DNA of 64,000 nucleotides, from contig JAXMHI010000010.1 in assembly GCA_046346885.1 (NCBI GenBank), forward strand, positions 56,632 to 120,631. The letters run 5' to 3'. A model generated the notes under the pieces. The model searched no databases. It was not told the DNA's origin and saw nothing but the letters and a program-made list of their open reading frames with translations. Shown piece after piece: positions 9,463-18,682 of this stretch. This DNA comes from a bacterium (GTDB taxonomy: Bacteria; UBA10199; JADFYH01). Made by a program: the position numbers and the translations under genes. How positions within the stretch are numbered: position 1 is the first letter of the stretch; every line of letters starts with the position of its first letter.

Positions 9463-10826
9463 TGAAGCATGTTCCTTTGCTCGCGAAGGGAGACTTTCAA
9501 GGGCGAGACGCGATTTAATCGTTCTATACTGCGGGAAATCAAGCCCGAATCCATCTTACCCTTCCCTTCCGCCCGAAGAAGGGCCTCCATCACCTCATAA
9601 TACTGCTCGCCGTCATAGGCCACTAAAAGCAGGTCCACCCCCGCGTTAAGCGCCGTCACCGCCGAAGCGCCGATGCCTCCCGGCCACGAAAAGGTGGGCC
9701 CCATGCATAAATCGTCGGTGATCAGAATGCCGTCGTGATGCCACTCGCCACGGACGATTTCTTGAATGGTTTTCTTAGAAAGGGAAGCGGGATAATCGCG
9801 ATCCACCGAGGGGACCCTCACGTGGCCCAACATGAGGAAGGCCGAGCTCTCTTCGAGGGTTTTCCGGAAAGGGAGCCAATCTTTGCTTTCCAATTCTTCC
9901 CGGCTTTGCGACAGGCTCCCTTCGTATAAATGGGTATCCGTCGTGACGCCCGCCATGCCGGGAAAATGCTTCAAGGTGGGGATGACGCCGTGCTTCTCGA
10001 AAGTTTCGCAATAAAGGGCGGCCACCTCCTCCACCACGCGCGGGTCTTCCGAGATGGCCCGCTCGCGGATCAGGCTGTGGGCGTCGGGAAAAGACACGGG
10101 CGCCGGGTTCTTCAAGTCGACCACCGGGCTAAAGTTGACGTTGACGCCCAGACGGGCAAGCTCTTCCGCCTGCAGGGATGCGTAACGCGTCACAGCCCGT
10201 TTTAAAGATTCCTCCTCCGGGTTTTCCCGCACCACCTTCGCAAGCGGCGGCAAGGGTGTGAGCAAGGGCGACAATTTCGAGATGAGCCCGCCCTCTTGGT
10301 CGGTGGCGATCCATAAGGGCGGCAGGCCCTGGGCCTCTTGTAAGGTTTGGAGATGGGCGATTTTTCCTTTTACTTCCTCGAAACTGAATCCCGCCACGTT
10401 TCGCCGGGTGATGAAAAGCCCGCCCAAGGCGCCCCGGGCGACCAGAGGTTCCACATCTTCCCAATTCTCGAACCCGATCATCAGGTGCCGCCCCCACTTT
10501 TGAAGTTGAAGCGGATCCGCATGGAGAACCGATTGCTTCTTCGAGGAGAAAAGCATCTCTCTCGCCACCGGCACCCCCGAAGCCATGACGAACAAGAAGC
10601 TGAGAGCGGTGACCCTTCTCTTGGCCTTCCCCGAGTAGAGGGTTCTCTTGAAAAACCACAGCACGGCGAAAAAGAAACAAAGAAGGCTTAAGAAGGCCGA
10701 AAGATAGGGCCTTCCCCAATAAAACAAGGGGCTACGGGATTGCCAACCTACGATGACGGCGAAAAGAAGCGTGAGGGTTGAAAGAAGGATGAGTGTTTTT
10801 TTGAAGCGCATATTTTTCCTATTCAT
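9459..10826 (-). CDS. Membrane-anchored glycoside hydrolase family 3 (NagZ-like beta-N-acetylhexosaminidase)
   Basis: Three N-terminal TM helices, then GH3 motifs: IATDQEGG, VNVNFSPVVD, LKHFPGMAGVTTDTH, ILITDDLCMG. An alternative and possibly better start is ATG 10811 (MRFKKT, AGGA upstream). Confidence 0.8.
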   Translation of the reverse strand: MNRKNMRFKKTLILLSTLTLLFAVIVGWQSRSPLFYWGRPYLSAFLSLLCFFFAVLWFFKRTLYSGKAKRRVTALSFLFVMASGVPVAREMLFSSKKQSVLHADPLQLQKWGRHLMIGFENWEDVEPLVARGALGGLFITRRNVAGFSFEEVKGKIAHLQTLQEAQGLPPLWIATDQEGGLISKLSPLLTPLPPLAKVVRENPEEESLKRAVTRYASLQAEELARLGVNVNFSPVVDLKNPAPVSFPDAHSLIRERAISEDPRVVEEVAALYCETFEKHGVIPTLKHFPGMAGVTTDTHLYEGSLSQSREELESKDWLPFRKTLEESSAFLMLGHVRVPSVDRDYPASLSKKTIQEIVRGEWHHDGILITDDLCMGPTFSWPGGIGASAVTALNAGVDLLLVAYDGEQYYEVMEALLRAEGKGKMDSGLISRSIERLNRVSPLKVSLREQRNMLQ

Positions 10827-10927
10827 CCCCCCGCCCTCGACGGGCGGGGGTTAGGGGGCGGGTGATACAATAATAGGTACCTTGTTAGACTACCCTCTCC
10901 CCGGCCCTCTCCCGTCCAGGGAGAGGG
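10827..10927. repeat. GC-only hairpin plus REP-like element
   Basis: cccccgccc tcga cgggcggggg (10827-10850) is a 9-bp G/C stem. ccctctccc gtcca gggagaggg (10905-10927) is a second hairpin with an extra direct ccctctccc at about 10893. Translation gives the familiar artefact peptide SPWTGEGRGEG (tracked ORF 10823..11092). Confidence 0.7.
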
Positions 10928-11019
10928 AGAAATTTTGGAAAGAACTTCCTCGACTTCGCTTAAGGACGGACGGCTTTCCAAACCATCCGCCTTAAGCTCC
11001 ATCGAGGTGCCATGACGGG

Positions 11020-12423
11020 TTAAAGAGTTTGCGTCGCTTCCAGATTTATCGTTTTTGAGGCGGCCGGCACCGCTCTCCCCACCGAATACCAATCCACCTT
11101 GCGGGTGATGAACATGATCGCCGCCAGAATGATGAAGAGACCGACCGATCCCATGAGAAGCGAGAAGTCTTGCAACTGCACCAAGGTATAAAGGTAGGCG
11201 TAGAGCCCGCCCAAAACGAAGCCCATGACGAGCGCGCGCTTGCCGTTATGCAGCACCTTGCTGCTGTAGCCCGTGATGATCGAAATCGTCGCGAGGCTGG
11301 CGACCAAATACGAGCGCCCGAACTCGAGATATTCGGAAAGCGAGAGCAGAAGCAGATAGAAGAGGCAAAGCGCGAAACCCACAAGCAGGTATTGAACGGG
11401 ATGAATGCGCAGCTTGCTGAAAATCTCGAAGAAGAAAAAGGTGACGAAGGTAAGAAGAATGAAAAGGATGCCGTACTTCGCCGAACGCGTGTTCATTTGG
11501 TAGCTCTCCACGGGAAAGAGCAAATCCACCCCGAAAGCGGAGGGGTTGTAATTTTCCGCCTTCACCACGCCGTCCAACCACTGTTGAGGATAGTTGCGGC
11601 CGAGCTGCAGCACTTTCCAGGTGGCGCTGAACCCCTTTTCGCTGATGTCGCGGGTCGTCGGCAGATAGGCGCCGCCGAAGCTGGGATTGTTCCAAGTCGA
11701 ATGCAGGGTCACCTGGGTCTGTTTGCCGAAGGGGAGAAAATCGAGGGATTTGCTTCCCGCCAGTTTCAAGTCGAAGGCGTAGGGATAAGTGTCGCCCGTC
11801 TTTCCTTGCTTCAAGCCGCGAATCGGCACTTGAATGCCCGAAGTAAAAATTCCGCGACCCGCTTCTCCGGGGCCGAATTCGGAAGAGCTGTCCCCCCAGC
11901 TCACCTTCACCGACTCTTGAATGGCGCGCATGTCGGGAATGCCCACGGAGAGGAAGGCATCGTCCCAAAGCACGTCTTTCTCGGGGATATGCCAGGCGGA
12001 AAAATCCGGGCGCGGGAAGCTTCCCTGGAAATTGAGGTCGACCCGATAGAGGAGAATTTTATAGATGCCGCGGTAACGGATTTCCGGATCGACCTTGCCG
12101 ACCACGTTTAAGGTCTCGGGCAAGAAATGGGCGTATTCGGTGCTCGTGTGGACGACGTTCTTCGAATCTTTCGTATAAACGAGATAGGGCACCGTGAGAA
12201 CGGGGCCTCCGAGGGTCTGTTCCTTTCCCCAGGTGCTCGAAACTTCTTGATTGGCGGATTCGAGCCGCTGGTTGCGCTCGTAGATGAGGGATTCGATCAT
12301 GCCCATGGGCAGGTTCATGACGAGAATTAAAAATCCCATGAAGAAAATTTTCCCGATGAACAAAAGCTTGTCCAGCGGGTTCTTTTTATTTTCCGGGGGT
12401 GTTTCGGGATTCGGGGGATTCAT
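11020..12423 (-). CDS. creD: Cell envelope integrity / inner membrane protein CreD
   Basis: 467-aa ORF with the N-terminal TM and IESLIYERNQR motif, a large periplasmic part, and a C-terminal cluster of about 5 TM helices, as in CreD. Confidence 0.85.
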   Translation of the reverse strand: MNPPNPETPPENKKNPLDKLLFIGKIFFMGFLILVMNLPMGMIESLIYERNQRLESANQEVSSTWGKEQTLGGPVLTVPYLVYTKDSKNVVHTSTEYAHFLPETLNVVGKVDPEIRYRGIYKILLYRVDLNFQGSFPRPDFSAWHIPEKDVLWDDAFLSVGIPDMRAIQESVKVSWGDSSSEFGPGEAGRGIFTSGIQVPIRGLKQGKTGDTYPYAFDLKLAGSKSLDFLPFGKQTQVTLHSTWNNPSFGGAYLPTTRDISEKGFSATWKVLQLGRNYPQQWLDGVVKAENYNPSAFGVDLLFPVESYQMNTRSAKYGILFILLTFVTFFFFEIFSKLRIHPVQYLLVGFALCLFYLLLLSLSEYLEFGRSYLVASLATISIITGYSSKVLHNGKRALVMGFVLGGLYAYLYTLVQLQDFSLLMGSVGLFIILAAIMFITRKVDWYSVGRAVPAASKTINLEATQTL

Positions 12424-12686
12424 GGCGTTTGCCTCCTTTTAAAAAAGTGAATGATGATGCCACTTCACCGGAGGGCCATGAAAAGAAGATGAAAGAAGTA
12501 TGAATTGTTGATGAAAAGAGCTTTAAAACCGCCTACCCATTCCCAAAACGTATTCAAACAATCAAGAGTCTATAATAATATTTAATTAACTATATGTTTT
12601 TATTTTAAAAATAGAAACAATCGTGTACCATTTAATAGATAAATTTATTTTTCAACATCTTTCCGAGCTGCCTTTTACCGATCGAA

Positions 12687-13565
12687 ATGGACGAAGAAAA
12701 AATGAAAGACGCCTTTCGAAAACCGAATCTTTTCGATTTCATGGATTACCGGGCTTATCTCAAAAGCTGGTTCGAATCAGCCAAGAAAACGAGTTCGTCC
12801 ATTTCTTTCCGAAAATTTTCCGAAATGGCCGGATTCAAATCGACCAACTTCATCATGCTCGTGCTCCAGGGAAAAAGGAATTTAAGCGAGGAAGCCGTCC
12901 TCAAAACGGCGCGCGCGCTGAAGCTCAACAAACAAGAGACGGAATTTTTCAAAAACTTAGTCCTCTACAACCAAGCCGACTCCCATGAAAAGAAAGACCA
13001 CTTCTACCGGCAACTCTTGCGTTCAAAAAAATATCAGTCGCTTCAACCCATCCTCCCCCACCAATACGAGTACTGTTCCCGTTGGTACCACTCGGCGATC
13101 CGCGAATTGGCGGCCTCCCGCGAGTTCGACGGTACGCCCCGCTGGATCGCGGACCGACTCTTCCCCCCGGTTTCGCCCAGCGAGATCGAGCACTCCTTGT
13201 CCCTCCTCCTGAAATTGGGCTTCCTGACGAAGGACGAAGAAGGACGCTACCAACAATGCCACACCCGGGTTTCCACGGGCGCGGAGACGGCCTCGGTGGC
13301 GGTGTTCAATTACCACTTCAACCTGCTCGACTTGGCGAAAGTGATTTTAGAACGGCTCCCGGCCGAACGCCGCGACATCAGCGCACTCACTTTGGGCGTC
13401 TTGAAATCGAGGGTTCCACAACTGAAGCAAATGATACAGAATTTCAGGCAAGAGGTGTTGAAGCTCGTCGCGGAAGACGACAACCCCGAAGAAGTGGTGC
13501 AGATCAACATACAAATGTTCCCTTTAACGCGCGAAGAAGGGATCCTCACGAAGGAGGAAAAATGA
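12687..13565 (+). CDS. TIGR02147 / DUF4423 family protein (putative HTH regulator-like)
   Basis: DYRAYLKSWFESAKKTSSSISFRKFSEMAGFKSTNFIMLVLQGKRNLSEEAV..ALKLNKQETEFFKNLVLYNQA matches the family N-terminus as I remember it. An AT-rich promoter region lies upstream. Confidence 0.7.
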   Translation: MDEEKMKDAFRKPNLFDFMDYRAYLKSWFESAKKTSSSISFRKFSEMAGFKSTNFIMLVLQGKRNLSEEAVLKTARALKLNKQETEFFKNLVLYNQADSHEKKDHFYRQLLRSKKYQSLQPILPHQYEYCSRWYHSAIRELAASREFDGTPRWIADRLFPPVSPSEIEHSLSLLLKLGFLTKDEEGRYQQCHTRVSTGAETASVAVFNYHFNLLDLAKVILERLPAERRDISALTLGVLKSRVPQLKQMIQNFRQEVLKLVAEDDNPEEVVQINIQMFPLTREEGILTKEEK

Positions 13566-14521
13566 AATCCAACCGTCTTTTCCTTTGGACCTTACTCTTT
13601 CTCCTCTTTTTAGGGACCGTCTCCTGCAGCGGCACCACTTCCTCCCCTCTTCCCGGTTCAGGCCCCGGCACCAATCCCGCTCAAGGAGGTACCGAATTCG
13701 GAAACCCGACGACGGTCTCCGGAACCGTCCAACCTCCCCAAACACCGACCGGCACGACCCCCGTCTTAATCGCTCCTTGCGGGGCGGATACGGCCGTCGC
13801 CGAAAACGCGGAAGGTCAAACGCATCAAGCGGCCATCGCGAAGGACTGCCACTTCTTCCTTTCGCTGCCTCCCCAAGAAGGGTATTCGATCCATTTCGAG
13901 GCAAAAGGGAAGTTCATCGCCAAGCTTTTGGTAAATCCGGCAGATCCCTTCCCGCTTTACAACTTTTTCCTAAGCGCCTCCGGCACCTCGATCGACATGG
14001 GAAAAGTTCAGCTCACGGGAAATTTGGCCGTTCCCAGCCAATCTCCCTTAAGCCAGCTGGACCGCGACCAAGACGGCCTGACGGACGCGAACGACCCCGA
14101 CGACGACAACGACGGCATCGCGGACGCGGACGAGCGCGACTGCGACTTCGACGGATTCATCGACGATGACGACCCCAACTCCTCCTGTTCTCCTCCCGGC
14201 TCAAATCCCTCAGTCTTGTCGGTTTCCCCCTTCAACGGGGAAACGGCGGTGCCGTCTAACGAAAAAGTGCAAGCCCGCTTCAGTTGTCCGATGAATCAGG
14301 CGCTTTTCAACGGAGCCTCTTTCATCGTGAAACCCACGGCCGGCAGCGTTTTCATCCCTTGCGTTTTCTCCTTCTCGTCGGATTCCAGGACCATCACGTG
14401 CGATCATTCCGCCTCGCCCTTCGCGCCCAATACGCCCTACCTCGCGATTCTGGCGCCGCTGGATTGCCAAGACGGGAGCAAAACGCCTAGCCTGACATGG
14501 TCATGGACGACTTCCCCTTGA
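13562..14521 (+). CDS. Lipoprotein with thrombospondin-type-3-like Ca-binding Asp repeats and a C-terminal Ig-like (SbsA/Big_5-like) region
   Basis: ATG at 13562 overlaps the upstream stop (ATGA). Signal and lipobox LFLGTVSCSG. DRDQDGLTDANDPDDDNDGIADADERDCDFDGFIDDDD. The tracked start at 13082 is an in-frame extension over the previous gene. Confidence 0.7.
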   Translation: MKSNRLFLWTLLFLLFLGTVSCSGTTSSPLPGSGPGTNPAQGGTEFGNPTTVSGTVQPPQTPTGTTPVLIAPCGADTAVAENAEGQTHQAAIAKDCHFFLSLPPQEGYSIHFEAKGKFIAKLLVNPADPFPLYNFFLSASGTSIDMGKVQLTGNLAVPSQSPLSQLDRDQDGLTDANDPDDDNDGIADADERDCDFDGFIDDDDPNSSCSPPGSNPSVLSVSPFNGETAVPSNEKVQARFSCPMNQALFNGASFIVKPTAGSVFIPCVFSFSSDSRTITCDHSASPFAPNTPYLAILAPLDCQDGSKTPSLTWSWTTSP

Positions 14522-14533
14522 GAATTTTTTTTG

Positions 14534-14617
14534 TCATCCTCGCCCGGAGTGTTCAGTGAGAAGGAGGATCCGGAGTGCAGGCCCCGCTTCACGGGATCCG
14601 CAGGAAAGCGGATGACG
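14534..14617. repeat. Diverged copy of the GTCATCC...GGATGAC REP family
   Basis: gtcatcctcgcc...ggatccgg...gggatccgcaggaaagcggatgac has the same terminal GTCATCC/GGATGAC and internal GGATCC features as 5177-5240. It lies between convergent genes. Confidence 0.6.
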
Positions 14618-14654
14618 AGGCGGGGGCGGCAAAAGAAAATTTTAGATCTTTTCA

Positions 14655-16085
14655 CTAGGGCAAAACAATCTTCGCCAAGACTCCTCCAGAAGGCCGATTA
14701 TCCACGCTTACTTCACCGCCATGCAGGGTGGCGACTTCCTTCACGAAGCTTAAACCCAATCCGCTACTCTTTCGTCCCGTATCGGGACGTTTCAACGAAT
14801 AGAACTTCTCGAAAACCCGCGAAAGCGCGTAATCGGGGATTCCCGAGCCTTCGTCTTCGACGGCGATAAAAACTTTGTCCCCTTCCCGACGGGCGCTCAG
14901 TTCGATCTTGCCCTTCTCGGGGCTGAAATCGACGGCGTTGAGAAGAAGGTTCAAGACCGCCTCTTCCAACAAAAACCGTTCTCCCTGGACGGACAGGCCC
15001 TCCGGCGCCCGAAGCACCAAGGAGAGTTTCTTTTTATCCAAGAAATGACGGAGACGTCCTTCCAGTTCCTCAAATAGACCCTTCAGCGGAATTTCTTCGA
15101 TCGGCCCCAACTCCTTGCGCGCCTCGAGCGAAGCGAGGGTGAGCATCCGATCGACGACCTGCTGCATGCGGCCCGCTTCGGTGCGGATGTTGGAAAGAAA
15201 ACGCGCCCTCTCGGCGGCGGGCATTTCCTCCTCCAAAAGCTCCGCAGCCCCTTGAATGGCGGAGAGCGGGCTCTTCAGCTCGTGGGTTAAGCTTTGCACG
15301 TAATGTTCCACGTATTTCTTTCCTTCGAGCGCCTCCCGCATCTCTTCGAACGCTTCTCCCATCTCCCCCATTTCGCTGCGCCCCAAGGAAGGCAAGCGCG
15401 GCGTTCGGCCGTCCCGCACCGCTCTCGCGTAGCGGGTGAGGCGCTGAATGGGGCGCGTCACCCAAAGGGAGAAGGCCGTGCCGAGCAAAATGGCGGAAAG
15501 CGCCGCGATGAGGCCGGCGATGATGATCTGGGGACGCGCGGTCTGGATGAAGAAATTGATGCTCGCCGTGGGCTTGCTGACCACCAAAACGCCGACGATT
15601 CTTTTTTCCCAACGGATGGGGGCCGAGACATAGAGGATGGAGCTGGCGGGGTTGCTCGCCTCGTCTCGGCTCGTCCGCGCTCCGTAGGCCCCCCGCAGCG
15701 AGAGGAACACGTCGCGCCATTCGGAGAAGTCTTTGCCCTCTTCCTTTCCTCCGTCCGAATCGAAGAGAACGATCCCCCGCTCGTCCGTCACGTAGACCCT
15801 TTCGTCCACGCCGGTCTTCAAAAGCTTGTAGATCTGGGCGGAAAAGGAACGGCTTTTAAGGTTTTGAAAAGCGACCTTGAGCGCATCGGTGCGGATCTTT
15901 CCCTCCACGAGCGAGGCCTCGACCAAGGCGGCGAGCACGTTGGCCTCGTCCACCATGACCTCCTCGACCGATTCCAAATAACGGGGGCGCAGGTCGTCGA
16001 TGATGTAGTCGACGAGGAAATAAAAACCCACGCCGACGAGCAGGGTGAAACTCAAAATAATGCGGGTTCGGATCTTCACTTCCAA
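14655..16085 (-). CDS. creC: Two-component sensor histidine kinase CreC
   Basis: 476-aa ORF: TM, periplasmic domain, TM, HAMP, then H-box SLTHELKSPLSAIQGAAELL and HATPase (N, G1, G2 boxes). The N-terminal region (DDLRPRYLESVEE) is CreC-like. Confidence 0.85.
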   Translation of the reverse strand: MEVKIRTRIILSFTLLVGVGFYFLVDYIIDDLRPRYLESVEEVMVDEANVLAALVEASLVEGKIRTDALKVAFQNLKSRSFSAQIYKLLKTGVDERVYVTDERGIVLFDSDGGKEEGKDFSEWRDVFLSLRGAYGARTSRDEASNPASSILYVSAPIRWEKRIVGVLVVSKPTASINFFIQTARPQIIIAGLIAALSAILLGTAFSLWVTRPIQRLTRYARAVRDGRTPRLPSLGRSEMGEMGEAFEEMREALEGKKYVEHYVQSLTHELKSPLSAIQGAAELLEEEMPAAERARFLSNIRTEAGRMQQVVDRMLTLASLEARKELGPIEEIPLKGLFEELEGRLRHFLDKKKLSLVLRAPEGLSVQGERFLLEEAVLNLLLNAVDFSPEKGKIELSARREGDKVFIAVEDEGSGIPDYALSRVFEKFYSLKRPDTGRKSSGLGLSFVKEVATLHGGEVSVDNRPSGGVLAKIVLP

Positions 16086-16765
16086 CCTTTAAGGGAATAG
16101 CCCAAGCCCCTGTGCGTTTGGATGGGGTCTTCCTCGGGTTTCACTTTCTTCAGTTTCGCCCGAAGGCTTTTGATGTGGGCGTCCACCGTGCGGTCCATGC
16201 TGGCCTCCGGTTCTTCCCAGGCGAGTTCCATCAGCTGCTCGCGGGAAAGAACGCGCTCGGGCCTTTCTAAAAACACCTTCAATAAGCGGTATTCGTATCG
16301 GGACAAGGCAAGGGCCTCTCCCGCGTAGGAAATAACGAATCGATCTTCGTCCACCTGAAAGGGGCCGTAAGTTCGGGTGGAGGACGGCTCCGAGACGGAA
16401 GGCTTCAGGCGGCGGAGGATCGCCTTCACCCGCGCCGTGAGCTCACGGGGACTGAAGGGCTTCACGAGATAATCGTCAGCGCCGATCTCGAGCCCCACGA
16501 CCCGGTCGATCTCGTCGGAACGGGCGGTGAGAAAAAGGATGGGCACGGAGTTCGTCTTGCGGATGCGCCGACAAAGCTCGAAACCGCTCACGTCGGGCAA
16601 CCCCACGTCTAAAATGATGAGGGAAACGTCCCCTCCCTGCAGATGTTGGTAGCCTTTCTCGCCGGTGGAACTCCACACCGCCTCGAACCCCTCCGTCTTA
16701 AGGGCATAGGTGAGGTTGTCGGCGATGGAAGGCTCGTCTTCGATGATGAGGATTTTCGGCTTCAT
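16076..16765 (-). CDS. creB: OmpR-family response regulator CreB
   Basis: Starts MKPKILIIEDEPSIADNL at ATG 16765. Receiver domain (DVGLPD, LTA) plus winged-helix output (RGLGYSLK). 10-nt overlap with creC. The tracked start at 16864 is an extension. Confidence 0.85.
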   Translation of the reverse strand: MKPKILIIEDEPSIADNLTYALKTEGFEAVWSSTGEKGYQHLQGGDVSLIILDVGLPDVSGFELCRRIRKTNSVPILFLTARSDEIDRVVGLEIGADDYLVKPFSPRELTARVKAILRRLKPSVSEPSSTRTYGPFQVDEDRFVISYAGEALALSRYEYRLLKVFLERPERVLSREQLMELAWEEPEASMDRTVDAHIKSLRAKLKKVKPEEDPIQTHRGLGYSLKGWK

Positions 16766-16882
16766 TCGAGTCCTTTGTTTTATCAGTAGGGAGGAAGGCG
16801 GGTAAAGCTTCAAATGTGGGAGCGGGAAAAGGATAAAATATTTCGTTTTGATTTTTAAAGACACTCAAAGTAGTATTTTCAC

Positions 16883-17266
16883 ATGACCACGACCCTGCAA
16901 CAGGCCCTGCTGAAGGCGGGCCTCGTCAAAAACAAGGAACTTCCCGAGAAGAAACCCGAGAAAAAAGGGATGCTCAAGAAAGGCCCCTCCCCCAAGGCAT
17001 CTTTCAGCGAGGTGCAAAACCCCGTCGGCTTTGTCGAGCGAAAGCATAAACATCATCTGCGCACCGAATGCGACGCCTGCCATAAAAGCGGGCCCGACGT
17101 GGAATATTACGAGCACAAAAACCGCATCCTCGATGCCAAATGGCTTTGCATCAAATGCGCCGACACTTACAACGTTCACGACAATTTCCGCGAAACCATG
17201 CAAAGCCAATTCGCCATGACCGGCCGCTTCATCCGCGGTTGGGGTCCCACCAAGGTTTTTAAGTAA
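16883..17266 (+). CDS. Hypothetical Lys-rich protein with CxxC...CxxC zinc ribbon
   Basis: 127-aa ORF. The N-terminus LQQALLKAGLVKNKE is reminiscent of DUF2058/YaiL. CDAC...CIKC pairs follow, and a strong terminator lies downstream. Confidence 0.5.
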   Translation: MTTTLQQALLKAGLVKNKELPEKKPEKKGMLKKGPSPKASFSEVQNPVGFVERKHKHHLRTECDACHKSGPDVEYYEHKNRILDAKWLCIKCADTYNVHDNFRETMQSQFAMTGRFIRGWGPTKVFK

Positions 17267-17268
17267 AA

Positions 17269-17310
17269 GAACCCGGCCCTTTCAGGCCGGGTTCTTTCAC
17301 GCTTTTTTAT
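17269..17310. terminator. Bidirectional rho-independent terminator
   Basis: gaacccggcc ctttca ggccgggttc is a perfect 10-bp stem (17269-17294). It is flanked by T-rich tracts on both strands and sits between convergent genes. Confidence 0.8.
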
Positions 17311-17323
17311 CGGTTTTCTTACC

Positions 17324-18610
17324 TTATAAACCCAATCTTGCGGTGCTGTTTTCCTTCTCCTTCTTTTTCTCACCGCCCCAACGCCCGTGAATGCCGAAAG
17401 CCATGACGTTGGCCGATGCGCCCACGAAAGAGCCTTTGCCGACAGGGTTTGAACTGCCGTCGTCGGTCACCGTATGCTCGAACTCGTGGATGTAAGCGGC
17501 GTCGAAACCGATGTGCTTGTTGATCTCATAGCTCACGCCTGTGGTCAGGTGGTGCTCGATGACCGTGGGGATCAGGGCGTTTTGAAAAACGGCCCCGGAG
17601 GGAATCGGAGAGCGCCCGTAGTTGTATCCGATGCGGATGGCCGCGGGAAAATCGAAACGGGGATCGAAATTATACTCGAATCCCGTCGCCAGTACGTATT
17701 GGTCGCGCCAGCCCAAGCCTCCCTGGGCGAGCGGCGCTCCGGTGAAGCCGGACCCCCAATTGATCCAGCGAAAATCGGCCAAGAAGGTCGCCCCTTTGAA
17801 AGGCTCCACCGCAAGGCCGACGGCCACTTCTTGGGGAAGATCCAAGCCGGTGAAGAGCAGGTCTTTATACCGATCGAACCTCTGAAAATGCTGCCGCGTC
17901 ACATACATGGCGCCGATCTGCAACCGCTTGATGGGCTTGTAGAGGATGCCGATCCTGCCGCCGATGCCCAGCGCCGAATCGAATCGGGAGCGTCCGGTGG
18001 TTTCGGGAAATCCGAGGTTGAGCGTGGCGCTGTCCGTTTGAAAGAACGCGTAGTTGATGTCGAGCCCCACCCCGATGGAAAGATTGTCGCGAATGCGGAA
18101 GGACGCGGCGGGCTCGATCTTCAAATTGGCGTACTTGCCGGAGGTGTCATACTGGTTTTTGGTGAGCGCGCTGGGGAAGCGGGAGACGGGGAATTCCGCC
18201 TGAAACCCGGCGGAAAGCGCGGTGCCGATGCCTAAGGAAAGGCGGTTGTTCTCCAGAAAACTCATCACGAGGGCGCCGCTGGGCAATAAAACGGGATCTT
18301 CCGTCCCCCCCACGCTCACCGCGCTGGGATTGCCCGCCAGAGCGGCGGAGGTCCCCATTCGGGTGCTCGTGAAGGCGGTGACGATATCGAGGCTTGCTTC
18401 GTTGCCAACGTCGTTCATGCCGGCGGGATTGATGTAGATGGAGTTGGCGCCTTGAGGCTGGGCAACCCCCGCGCCCCCGAGGCCTAAATTTCTGGCGCCG
18501 AAACCAATCACGCGCAAGCCATTGCTGGCATTGGCCGACGGGACCGCACCAAACAGGATGAACCCCAGAGCCACCAAAAGCTTAGACTTTAAGTTTCTCA
18601 TTTTCATCAT
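17324..18610 (-). CDS. Outer-membrane transport protein, OMPP1/FadL/TodX family
   Basis: Signal peptide ending SANA. FGARNLGLGGAGVA..NPAGM N-terminal hatch motif. Beta-strand-rich sequence. Confidence 0.7.
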   Translation of the reverse strand: MMKMRNLKSKLLVALGFILFGAVPSANASNGLRVIGFGARNLGLGGAGVAQPQGANSIYINPAGMNDVGNEASLDIVTAFTSTRMGTSAALAGNPSAVSVGGTEDPVLLPSGALVMSFLENNRLSLGIGTALSAGFQAEFPVSRFPSALTKNQYDTSGKYANLKIEPAASFRIRDNLSIGVGLDINYAFFQTDSATLNLGFPETTGRSRFDSALGIGGRIGILYKPIKRLQIGAMYVTRQHFQRFDRYKDLLFTGLDLPQEVAVGLAVEPFKGATFLADFRWINWGSGFTGAPLAQGGLGWRDQYVLATGFEYNFDPRFDFPAAIRIGYNYGRSPIPSGAVFQNALIPTVIEHHLTTGVSYEINKHIGFDAAYIHEFEHTVTDDGSSNPVGKGSFVGASANVMAFGIHGRWGGEKKKEKENSTARLGL

Positions 18611-18682
18611 AAGATTCCTCCCTTCATACGCTTTCGTTTATACATCAAAAAGAGGCGTAAAGCCAGGCAAAGCCTGATCTTT

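Noticed and set aside
10823-11092. 89-aa ORF between creD and the nagZ-like gene
   Set aside because: It translates straight through two REP-type hairpins (SPWTGEGRGEG, PPPNPRPSRAGG) and overlaps the creD 3' end. It has no RBS and no protein-like features.
12436-12470. Possible CreB-binding cre tag upstream of creD (GTGAA-N12-TTCAC)
   Set aside because: The published tag, as I recall it, is a direct TTCAC-N6-TTCAC repeat. Here the pentamers are inverted, the spacing differs, and the site lies between the likely promoter and the ATG. I do not consider it supported.
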